From: Nitrososphaeria archaeon
Lineage (GTDB): Archaea > Thermoproteota > Nitrososphaeria > JACIWG01
Direction: 5' to 3'
DNA: 64,000 nucleotides
NCBI GenBank assembly: GCA_029776065.1
Contig: JARVJP010000009.1
Location: 50,911 to 114,910, forward strand
Shown piece after piece: positions 52,068-59,957 of the stretch; position 1 is the first letter of the stretch, and each line of letters opens with the position of its first letter. A model generated the notes under the pieces. The model was not told the origin of the DNA. It searched no databases and was given only the letters and a program-made list of their open reading frames with translations. A program made the translations under genes and the position numbers.

Positions 52068-53273
52068 ATGGCTGGTGAGATGTGGTCAGAAAAATATAGG
52101 AAAATAAGCTTTAATCAAATCATAGGCAATGAGGGTGCAAGAAAGGCTTTTTACGAGTGGATTAAAAATTGGAAAGAGGGGGATAAAGCAGTACTTTTAG
52201 TTGGTCAAGCAGGAACAGGGAAAAACACTACGATTTATGCTGCAGCACGAGAATTAGGATACCATGTTGTTGAATTAAATGCTAGTGATACAAGAACAAA
52301 GGAGAAACTAATAAAAAAACTCGGTTTTTCATTATATACTGTGGGTCTTTTTGATGAGAAAAGGTTGGTACTTTTCGATGAGGTTGATGGAATTTATGGA
52401 AGAGATGATTATGGTGGAACTGAATACATTAATGAACTTTTAGAGAAGCCTCCAGTTCCAATTGTATTAACAGCAAATGATGAAAATAATGAGAACGTTA
52501 TAAAGCTTGAGAAGAAAACGATTAAGATTAGCTTTCAGAAAGTTCCATTAAAAATGATCATAATGTATTTGAAGCATATTGTTGAACTAGAAGGAAAAAA
52601 AGTAGATTTGAAGCTTTTAAACGAAATCGCGAAGAAAAGCGATGGTGACGTTAGAGCTGCGATTAACCTTCTTCAAAGCATGGTAGATGCTCCAAAGACG
52701 ATTGAGAGAATGGATCTTTTAAAGGACGCTATTATTTCTAAGCAAGACGCATTAATGGCGTTATTCAACGAAGAAAATCCTGAAACAGCGTATGAAAAAT
52801 TTTCGAAGATTGACTTTAATTCTAGAGATAAATTATACCTTCTATTTTACTCTATTCTGGCTTCTGGCTTAGATAAAAGTAAAAGAAAAGCAGCCTTAAG
52901 AGTTATATCTGAAATAGATATCTTTGAGACAAGGATAGAAAGTACTCAAGAATGGCGAATGTTGAAATGGTTTGATAGAATAATTGTCAATAAATTCTAT
53001 AACCAAAGCTTTAGACAAGGGATTAAGTATTATGAGGAGGAACCGTTATGGGAATTGAAAATTAAATATTGGACTGAATTACGATTATTCAAATCAATCA
53101 AAGAGAGAGTAAACCAACGATATCATACCTCAAACAGTGACTTTGTTCTTTATTACATACCTTGCTTAGTAAACCTAGCAAGAAAGGATAAAGAAAAAAC
53201 ATTTCGTTACCTACAATATCTAGGATTTAACGACAACTTTATCTCTTTAATTGATAAGAGGGTAAAAACATGA
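52068..53273 (+). CDS. rfcL: replication factor C large subunit
   Basis: MWSEKYR..., P-loop GQAGTGKNT, Walker B LFDEVDG, and sensor region GDVRAAIN. 401 aa. Confidence 0.8.
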   Translation: MAGEMWSEKYRKISFNQIIGNEGARKAFYEWIKNWKEGDKAVLLVGQAGTGKNTTIYAAARELGYHVVELNASDTRTKEKLIKKLGFSLYTVGLFDEKRLVLFDEVDGIYGRDDYGGTEYINELLEKPPVPIVLTANDENNENVIKLEKKTIKISFQKVPLKMIIMYLKHIVELEGKKVDLKLLNEIAKKSDGDVRAAINLLQSMVDAPKTIERMDLLKDAIISKQDALMALFNEENPETAYEKFSKIDFNSRDKLYLLFYSILASGLDKSKRKAALRVISEIDIFETRIESTQEWRMLKWFDRIIVNKFYNQSFRQGIKYYEEEPLWELKIKYWTELRLFKSIKERVNQRYHTSNSDFVLYYIPCLVNLARKDKEKTFRYLQYLGFNDNFISLIDKRVKT

Positions 53274-53608
53274 TAGAAATTGTTGAAGGGGAGTGGTTTA
53301 GACTTCCACGACTAGGGATAGATGATTTTAAAACGCTAATGTCCTTGGGTCTAAAATATGACAAGGTGAAAGGATTGTTAGTTAATAGTGAAACCAACAA
53401 AAATCTTTTTGTAATTTTTTTAACTCAAGTTCTAAAAGATGAGGTGATCATATATAAAAGGTGTGCTATATGCAAAGCTAGGATCGACTGTAAAACTTGT
53501 GAATATAGTTCTGAGTGTGACTTCCTTAAAGCCTCAGAGAACTGTTTATGTATTACATGTTTAGAAAAAGATGAAAGTTACGCCTATTATATCATGAGTT
53601 CACAATAG
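53270..53608 (+). CDS. small Cys-rich protein, translationally coupled to rfcL
   Basis: ATGA overlap with the rfcL stop. Eight Cys lie in the last 50 aa (CAIC, CKTC, C, CLC, C). Confidence 0.45.
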   Translation: MIEIVEGEWFRLPRLGIDDFKTLMSLGLKYDKVKGLLVNSETNKNLFVIFLTQVLKDEVIIYKRCAICKARIDCKTCEYSSECDFLKASENCLCITCLEKDESYAYYIMSSQ

Positions 53609-53620
53609 AAATACTATAAA

Positions 53621-54535
53621 TCAGCTAGTCCAAAAAGGTTTCCTTAAAAGAACAGATCGAAGAAAAGCGTTGCGTAACCCATCATAGTCTTTATTATCTA
53701 AATATTTGCTTACATCGACTTCGTTACCTGAGACCATCAAACACGGCTTTAGAAGGCCATCATATGTCACCCTAAGTCGATTACAGTGATAACAAAATTC
53801 AGTATTTTCTATAGGATGTACGACTTCAACTTTAGTAGAATCCAGTTGAAAGATCTTTCTTTTGTGCATATCATCTCTAAATTGAATTGACTTAGAAATT
53901 TTAGAAAGTTTCTCTTCAACGCCATCAATTGGTTTATGAAATTCTGAATAAAGATTTTTAGATATTCTTACCGGCTCGAGTTCAATTATTTGCAAAATGC
54001 AACCTGACTTGGCTGCATATTCTATCATAGAGTCAACCTCATCATCATTTATACCTTTCAAAAGAACCATGTTCAACTTGACAGGGTTAAGTCCACTCTT
54101 AACGGCTTCATTTATTCCTTCGAGGACTCTGTTGACTTCGCCTCCAGTTATTTTCTCGTACTTTTCACTGTCAAGGGATGGAAGGCTTACGTTGACCCTT
54201 TTTAATCCTGCATCTTTAAGTTGTTTGCTATACTCTTTTAAAAATTGTCCATTTGTAACCATAGAAACTTCGGTAAAGGATTTGATAGAGAAGATAGATT
54301 TGACAATTTCTATTATGTCTTTTCGATAAAGTGGTTCACCACCTGTAAGTTTAACAGTTTTAACACCATAAGACGCTGCTAACTTTGAAATCATAATTAT
54401 CCCATTAATGCTAATCTCTTTATTTTCCTTATTCAACGACCCCTCAGAGTGGCAGTAGAAACATTTTAAATTACATTTAGATGTCACAGATATCCTTAAG
54501 TTATATACTGGGCGGTTGTAAAGATCCAGAAGCAT
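53621..54535 (-). CDS. moaA: GTP 3',8-cyclase (radical SAM)
   Basis: CNLKCFYCH radical-SAM motif, LTGGEPL, and a C-terminal Cys cluster (CYHCNRLRVT..KPC). Confidence 0.9.
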   Translation of the reverse strand: MLLDLYNRPVYNLRISVTSKCNLKCFYCHSEGSLNKENKEISINGIIMISKLAASYGVKTVKLTGGEPLYRKDIIEIVKSIFSIKSFTEVSMVTNGQFLKEYSKQLKDAGLKRVNVSLPSLDSEKYEKITGGEVNRVLEGINEAVKSGLNPVKLNMVLLKGINDDEVDSMIEYAAKSGCILQIIELEPVRISKNLYSEFHKPIDGVEEKLSKISKSIQFRDDMHKRKIFQLDSTKVEVVHPIENTEFCYHCNRLRVTYDGLLKPCLMVSGNEVDVSKYLDNKDYDGLRNAFLRSVLLRKPFWTS

Positions 54536-54537
54536 CT

Positions 54538-55062
54538 TTATTCACAAGCATGCTTAACTATGTGTGGTAGTTCGTTGATTATGAGCTCTAAAGCGGTTTC
54601 AACAGCATCTGGAGAACCAGGCATACAAAACACAGCACATTTAGAGATAAGTCCAGCAGAGGCTCTTGACATTAATGCAACACTTTCAGCCTTTGAGAAA
54701 GTTTTATACCTAAATATTTCTCCAAAGCCAGGGAGCTCCTTATCAAATAATGGGAAGAGAGCTTCTATTGTAACATCAGAAGATGTTAGACCTGTTCCAC
54801 CAGTCAAAATAACAACATTACAGTTTTCTTCATAGACTGATCTGAGTGTTTCCTTTCGAATCATTTGTATGTTGTCAGATACGATCTTTTTCGATATTAT
54901 AGTGTAACCCTTTTCCATAAGTGCTTTAACAATCTGTGATCCAGAAACATCTTCGACTCGATGCCCCTTTAGAGCTTCTGAATATCTTGAAGTACTCACT
55001 GTTATAACTGAACATTTTATTTCGGAAGGGGCTGACACCCTATGTAGATCATAACTTTTCAT
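54538..55062 (-). CDS. moaB: molybdenum cofactor biosynthesis protein B (MoaB/MogA family)
   Basis: ILTGGTGLTSSDVT, GFGEIFR and MPGSPDAV blocks. Confidence 0.88.
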   Translation of the reverse strand: MKSYDLHRVSAPSEIKCSVITVSTSRYSEALKGHRVEDVSGSQIVKALMEKGYTIISKKIVSDNIQMIRKETLRSVYEENCNVVILTGGTGLTSSDVTIEALFPLFDKELPGFGEIFRYKTFSKAESVALMSRASAGLISKCAVFCMPGSPDAVETALELIINELPHIVKHACE

Positions 55063-55498
55063 TACCTTTCACCTTACTTAATACTCGAACGTCTGTTATC
55101 AAAGTAGTGGGGTATTGACCTGATTCATCTTTTTCATACTTTTTAACAACATCCCAAATATTTAAAAGGGCATTAAAAACTCCTGTAAGAGCTTCCATTT
55201 CAACGCCTGTTTTAGAATGAGATTTAACATAAACTCTTACTGTAATGATAGTTTCCGATAAATCAAATTTTATTTTAATATCTTCAATAGGAACTGGATG
55301 GCAAAAAGGAATCAATTCGGATGTCTTCTTGACTGTATTAATAGCTGAAATTATCGCGATTTGGATGGGGTCGCCCTTTTCTACCTTACCTTCCTTTATT
55401 ATCTTTATAGTTTCCTTTTTAAGAAAAATCTTTCCTTCGGCAATGGCTTCTCTCTTCGTAACCGGCTTCGTAGAAACATCGACTATCCCCAAGTTCAT
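55049..55498 (-). CDS. moaC: cyclic pyranopterin monophosphate synthase
   Basis: LIPFCHP and TGVEMEALTG blocks. ATG 55498 is preferred. The track extension to 55576 is in frame with the upstream helicase remnant. Confidence 0.88.
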   Translation of the reverse strand: MNLGIVDVSTKPVTKREAIAEGKIFLKKETIKIIKEGKVEKGDPIQIAIISAINTVKKTSELIPFCHPVPIEDIKIKFDLSETIITVRVYVKSHSKTGVEMEALTGVFNALLNIWDVVKKYEKDESGQYPTTLITDVRVLSKVKGNEKL

Positions 55499-55576
55499 TA
55501 CCCATTCCAAATTAACTATTATTCTAGTATAAAAAGAACTCGTTAAAGGTGTCAGACAAGCTATTTTTGCCTTCAA

Positions 55577-56140
55577 ATCGCCTTGCTTTATTTCAGCATC
55601 TCATAACTGTCTAAATCTAGGATGGTCTATTACCAAAAGTGTTTCCTCATTATTTGGTAGGTATGGTTGCATTTTTCTTAATCCTCTGCCCAGAGTTTGT
55701 TCAGGAAGAAGAGGCAAATCAAACGCTCTAAGTGGAACAATCACTACAACGTTTCCGACATCTCAGCCCTCTTTTAACATCATAACATTTACTATAGCCT
55801 CATATTCGTTTGTGTCTATTTCTCTCAGCTTTTCTTGGTATTGGAAGTTCCTTTTTGGTTATTTCTCCTGAAGAGTCTATACATATTAACAGAACCTTTC
55901 AGCCTCCTGTTCGGTGAGGCCGACTTCTTTAATAAGACGTTCTTTTAAAAGATTCTTTTCTATCTTAAAAGAATCGTATCCTTTTTAGGAACAGGAGAAC
56001 CAAAATAAGCTTGTAATCGACAGCAGTCCTTATCAAGTCTACAATCTGGTCAACAAAACTATACAATTCATCATGTGCAAACTTCTTGAGAAAAAGTGTG
56101 TTCTGACGCATCAGCTTGTAAATGTATGCGCTTCATATAC
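55577..56140 (-). pseudogene. decayed C-terminal fragment of an SF2 helicase (type III restriction res-subunit-like)
   Basis: The minus-strand pieces lie in at least 3 frames. They are KVLLICIDSSGE (motif IV-like), EAIVNVMMLKEG*DVGNVVVIVPLRAFDLPLLPEQTLGRGLRKM (motifs V and VI) and RFRQL*DAEIKQ. Two in-frame TGA codons fall where Trp fits. No N-terminal helicase half is present. Confidence 0.7.
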
Positions 56141-56345
56141 AAAATTTGGTTGTAAATTAGGCCAATCCCTTTGATTTTGTTGTATAGAATGGTTGGATTA
56201 CGTTTCTTTTTACTTCTGCCATTTCGATTATACCATCTGCTGAAGCAATAATGTCTTCCTTTAACAGGATAAGATTATCTTCAATACATTTCTTGAAATA
56301 GATTTCTAGGAGGCAAGCCGAAGTTTTCCATACTAGAGAAGGGTA

Positions 56346-56419
56346 TGCGGCGTCCGGGATTTGAACCCGGGCTATCCAGCTTGGGGGGCTGGCATCTTTG
56401 GCCACTGGATCAACGCCGC
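56346..56419 (-). tRNA. tRNA-Gly(CCC), with C instead of U at position 33
   Basis: I folded this cloverleaf by hand. Acceptor GCGGCGU/ACGCCGC with A73; anticodon arm CCAGC-CCCCCAA-GCUGG; T-arm CCGGG-UUCAAAU-CCCGG. 74 nt. Confidence 0.8.
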
Positions 56420-56429
56420 ACACTTTTTA

Positions 56430-56759
56430 CTATTCTGGGAGTTTAAATAACATTTTTTCTTTTTCGAACGTTAATTCGTATGTATCGTTTACGTTCATTG
56501 GTACTTGTAGTTGGTCAAACTCTTTTTCTGTTAGGAAGAGTACGACCTTTGGGTATGTTAATTCTTTTGCAATGGGAGGAAAAAGGCCCATTGACTGTAT
56601 CTGCGTTATTATGGAATGAGTTACCTTTGCTGTTTCATCTCCATATTGTTGGCTCGTTAGTGGTTGCCTTTTGAGTTCAACTAATTCTATTTGTTTACCA
56701 GGTTCGCCTGTATCTGGTGCAGTGAAGCTAGTGATTCTATACACTTTTACTAATACCAT
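56430..56759 (-). CDS. hypothetical protein (109 aa)
   Basis: ATG 56759 is preceded by GAGGTGG. I recognise no motif. Confidence 0.45.
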   Translation of the reverse strand: MVLVKVYRITSFTAPDTGEPGKQIELVELKRQPLTSQQYGDETAKVTHSIITQIQSMGLFPPIAKELTYPKVVLFLTEKEFDQLQVPMNVNDTYELTFEKEKMLFKLPE

Positions 56760-56935
56760 TTTCTTCCACCTCAAACGTTCTTTTAACAAAAGAATAAAGT
56801 TTCATATTTTATACCATATTAATTTATTTCTCTTTTAAATATTACTATTAAAGTTTTAGTACAATTAATCAACATATTTATTATGGTAAGATTAGATGAT
56901 AAAATTAATCTTCTACTATTAAATAGCTCCATAGG

Positions 56936-57907
56936 TTGAAAATACTAGTTAGACCGTTGAGTGCGGAAAGCTTAGGAGTGAGGTCAATATCAACATATGT
57001 AGAGACACCCGATCTTAGAGTCCTCATAGATGCTGGGGCAGCCCTTGCGCCAAGAGACGGTTTAATGCCCCATCCTTTAGAATATAAGGCATTAAATAAG
57101 GCAAGAGAGAGAATTAAGTATTATGCTGATAAGAGCGAAATAATTGTTGTGTCACATTACCATTTTGATCACTTCTCTCCATTTTTTAATACTATAGATG
57201 CAAGGTGGACTTGGTGTGACAAAAGAGTTGCCAGTGACATCTACTCTAACAAAATAGTATATTTAAAAAACACTGAGTCTTCAATAAACTTTAGTCAAAA
57301 AGAGAGAGGGTTTATGTTCAAAAAGCTATTAAGTAAAGTTACAAATAAAATTATAGAAGCTGATAATAAAGCCTTCTATTATGGAGGGACTACAATTCAA
57401 TTCAGTGAACCATTATATCATGGGGAAGAGGGGAGTAAACTTGGATATGTTTTGGCGACAATAATAAGAAGTAGAGGACTTACATTTATGCATGCCTCAG
57501 ATGTCCAGGGCCCTATGTCAGAAAGGACATTTAAATATATACAAGCAGAAAAACCAGATATCCTTGTGATCGGCGGCCCGCCCACTTATCTTAAGAGCGT
57601 ATATGAAAGAGATATAAATAATGCTAAGGAAAACCTTAATAGGTTAGTAGAGACCACTAAACTAGTCATTCTTGATCATCATCTCTTAAGGGATGTCAGG
57701 TCATTAGATTTCGTGAGAAAACTAAACACTAAAGCAAAAACTTTTAGGAACAAAGTACAGACCTTTGCAGAATATCGAGGAAAAAAGAACCTATTACTAG
57801 AGTCCAAACGTAAAGAACTATATATGAAAAAAGAACCAGACGAAGAGTTTCTAAAATGGATTAATCTCCCGCCTCAGATCCAAGCTGTGACGCTTCCCCC
57901 TGTTTAG
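56936..57907 (+). CDS. metallo-beta-lactamase-fold protein, archaeal UPF0282 family
   Basis: SAESLGVRSISTYVETPDLRVLIDAGAALAP and SHYHFDHF. TTG start. Confidence 0.75.
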   Translation: MKILVRPLSAESLGVRSISTYVETPDLRVLIDAGAALAPRDGLMPHPLEYKALNKARERIKYYADKSEIIVVSHYHFDHFSPFFNTIDARWTWCDKRVASDIYSNKIVYLKNTESSINFSQKERGFMFKKLLSKVTNKIIEADNKAFYYGGTTIQFSEPLYHGEEGSKLGYVLATIIRSRGLTFMHASDVQGPMSERTFKYIQAEKPDILVIGGPPTYLKSVYERDINNAKENLNRLVETTKLVILDHHLLRDVRSLDFVRKLNTKAKTFRNKVQTFAEYRGKKNLLLESKRKELYMKKEPDEEFLKWINLPPQIQAVTLPPV

Positions 57908-58280
57908 CAGCAATACTCTTTATATGGTTAACAGTTAGGATCCCTGCCTCAGCCAAGTTAACGATGGAATTAGTCGAAGCAATGCCAGTAAGCTTTCCAA
58001 TCTTTCCCTTTATTTGCCTCCATTTTAATTTGGTATTACCGCTTTTGGATACATATATTATGCCTAGAATGTCTTTCGCATTAACAAAAGTTATATCCTT
58101 AATCTTAGTTAAAGTTACTTTGTCAACCGCCTCAATATAGATCGATCCAGGGCCACTTTCTTTTTCAGGAAAAACTTCAGGGTCTTTATAATAACTTAAT
58201 GGCATGAAAGAACGGCATGTACTGTTGATGAGAAAGTGTCTAACTTTTTCTACTGGTATAGTCAAATCTATTTTTACCAT
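57861..58280 (-). CDS. hypothetical protein (139 aa)
   Basis: ORF only. Its 3' end overlaps the convergent 56936..57907 gene by 47 nt. Confidence 0.35.
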   Translation of the reverse strand: MVKIDLTIPVEKVRHFLINSTCRSFMPLSYYKDPEVFPEKESGPGSIYIEAVDKVTLTKIKDITFVNAKDILGIIYVSKSGNTKLKWRQIKGKIGKLTGIASTNSIVNLAEAGILTVNHIKSIAAKQGEASQLGSEAGD

Positions 58281-58503
58281 ATATTTCCCTTATCGGTTTG
58301 CATCCAATACAAACTCCTATAAATGACTTTTTAAATATGTTTTTGTTAGGGCGATGAAGAAAAACGGTATCGAATTGATGAGAGGGATCTTGAGTGCTGA
58401 GCCTTTAGAGAAAGATATTTTCGGCTACCTCTCTACAACATATAGAACTTGATGTATGATTATAGTTAAATAATAGACTTTAGAAACTTAACTAAAGAAT
58501 AAA

Positions 58504-59670
58504 ATGGAAAAGCCAAAAATCTTTAAAGATGAAACTAAACTTTTCCCAGAATACATACCAAAAAAGACACCACATAGAGAGATGGAAGTAAATAAATTAA
58601 AATCTCTTTTCGATGTTGTTCTACAGAACCCAGCAGAGGCCAGTCAACAAGTCTTTATTTTAGGCCCTGTAGGTAGTGGGAAAACACTTGTCTCAAAGAA
58701 GTTTCTTCAATATATCGATGAACAATACCAAACGAATGCTATCAGAATTAAAACATACTACACTAATTGCAGAGTGAATAAGGTTTTCAGTAGCATTTTA
58801 AATAACATACTTGCTACGATAGGTCACTCTTTTCCTAATAGAGGTTTTTCTGTTGATGAAATAGTTCAATATTTTTTATCAGTAAGCTTAGAAGAGAATG
58901 TTCACATAATATCTGTTTTTGACGAATTCGACGCTCTAGTTGCTCATGAAGGTGTGGAACCACTTTACATAATAACTAGAATAAGAGAAATGGCGAAGGA
59001 CAGACAGATTCTCTCATCAATAATCATTAGTAAAACATTTTCATATTTGGATAAAGCAGATCGAGGTATATTAAGCTCGATACAAAAGAACATCATAAAG
59101 TTAGAAGCTTATAGTGAGACACAACTTAATGACATCCTCTTCGATCGAATCCTGATGGCTTTTAATGAAGGCACAGTAGGAAACGAGACAACAGAACTTA
59201 TAGCTAAGATTGCTTCAAGATATGGTGATGCTAGATATGCGATAGAACTGTTGCATCTTGCAGGCCGAATTGCAGACTTTAGGGGGGAAGACCGAGTAAG
59301 ACCGGATCATGTTAGAGAAGCAAAATTGCAGTTACCACCCCAAATAAGAAAAGAAGAAATCGGATACCTAGATGATCATGAGAAAATCCTCCTTTTATCT
59401 TTATCAAAGCTTCTAAAAGAAAATCTGGGGGAAAGAGTAACTTTAAAGGAACTACAGCAAGAGTATAACATGAGTTGTGAAGAGTATAATAAAACTCCCT
59501 TAAAGTACACTCAACTCTGGATTCGAATAAAGGACCTAGTGCAAAGAGACTTAATAAGTGCGGAAGTTTCAAGCAGAGGTCATAGAGGGAAAACGACTTT
59601 TATAAGCTTACTTAATGTCCCAGCAGAACAGATATACAATGAAACCAAGGAGAGACTAAAAAATGGTTGA
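58504..59670 (+). CDS. cdc6: Orc1/Cdc6 replication initiator
   Basis: PEYIPKKTPHRE, Walker A LGPVGSGKT, Walker B FDEFD, sensor region GDARYAIELL, and a C-terminal wHTH. Confidence 0.9.
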   Translation: MEKPKIFKDETKLFPEYIPKKTPHREMEVNKLKSLFDVVLQNPAEASQQVFILGPVGSGKTLVSKKFLQYIDEQYQTNAIRIKTYYTNCRVNKVFSSILNNILATIGHSFPNRGFSVDEIVQYFLSVSLEENVHIISVFDEFDALVAHEGVEPLYIITRIREMAKDRQILSSIIISKTFSYLDKADRGILSSIQKNIIKLEAYSETQLNDILFDRILMAFNEGTVGNETTELIAKIASRYGDARYAIELLHLAGRIADFRGEDRVRPDHVREAKLQLPPQIRKEEIGYLDDHEKILLLSLSKLLKENLGERVTLKELQQEYNMSCEEYNKTPLKYTQLWIRIKDLVQRDLISAEVSSRGHRGKTTFISLLNVPAEQIYNETKERLKNG

Positions 59671-59956
59671 TCTATCTACGATTTTTGGAAGTAAAGGAAA
59701 ATTCAAAATATTAAAGACTCTCTTAGAAGAGGAGGAAATAAACATTTCTTCGTTATTAAGGGAGGCTCGAATATCGTATCCTTTAGCGATCAAATACTTA
59801 TCTGAACTTGAGAAAAATGGGTTGATCAAGCAAAAGAGATTTGGTAGAATAAGGATAATCAGTTTAGAGAATAATAGGTCAACTAGAATACTAAAGAATT
59901 TCCTAATAGAATGGAAAAACAGTGAAGAAGAAAAAGTAGGAAAGGGGTTTGGATAG
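59663..59956 (+). CDS. small winged-helix (ArsR/MarR-like) DNA-binding protein
   Basis: FKILKTLLEEEEINISSLLREARISYPLAIKYLSELEKNGLI. There is an 8-nt overlap with cdc6. Confidence 0.55.
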   Translation: MVDLSTIFGSKGKFKILKTLLEEEEINISSLLREARISYPLAIKYLSELEKNGLIKQKRFGRIRIISLENNRSTRILKNFLIEWKNSEEEKVGKGFG

Positions 59957-59957
59957 T

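Noticed and set aside
55577-55780. Two in-frame TGA codons at Trp-like positions in the helicase fragment, considered as evidence for TGA=Trp recoding
   Set aside because: Conserved genes in the window end at TGA at their expected lengths (nadB at 11369..11371, rfcS at 36407..36409, permease at 15203..15205). The fragment also has frameshifts and lacks its N-terminal half, so ordinary pseudogene decay explains it.
58281-58503. A possible replication origin (ORB/mini-ORB repeats) upstream of orc1/cdc6
   Set aside because: I read both strands and found no repeated ORB-like element and no clear inverted-repeat pair around an AT-rich unwinding element. A search with lineage-specific ORB models would be needed.
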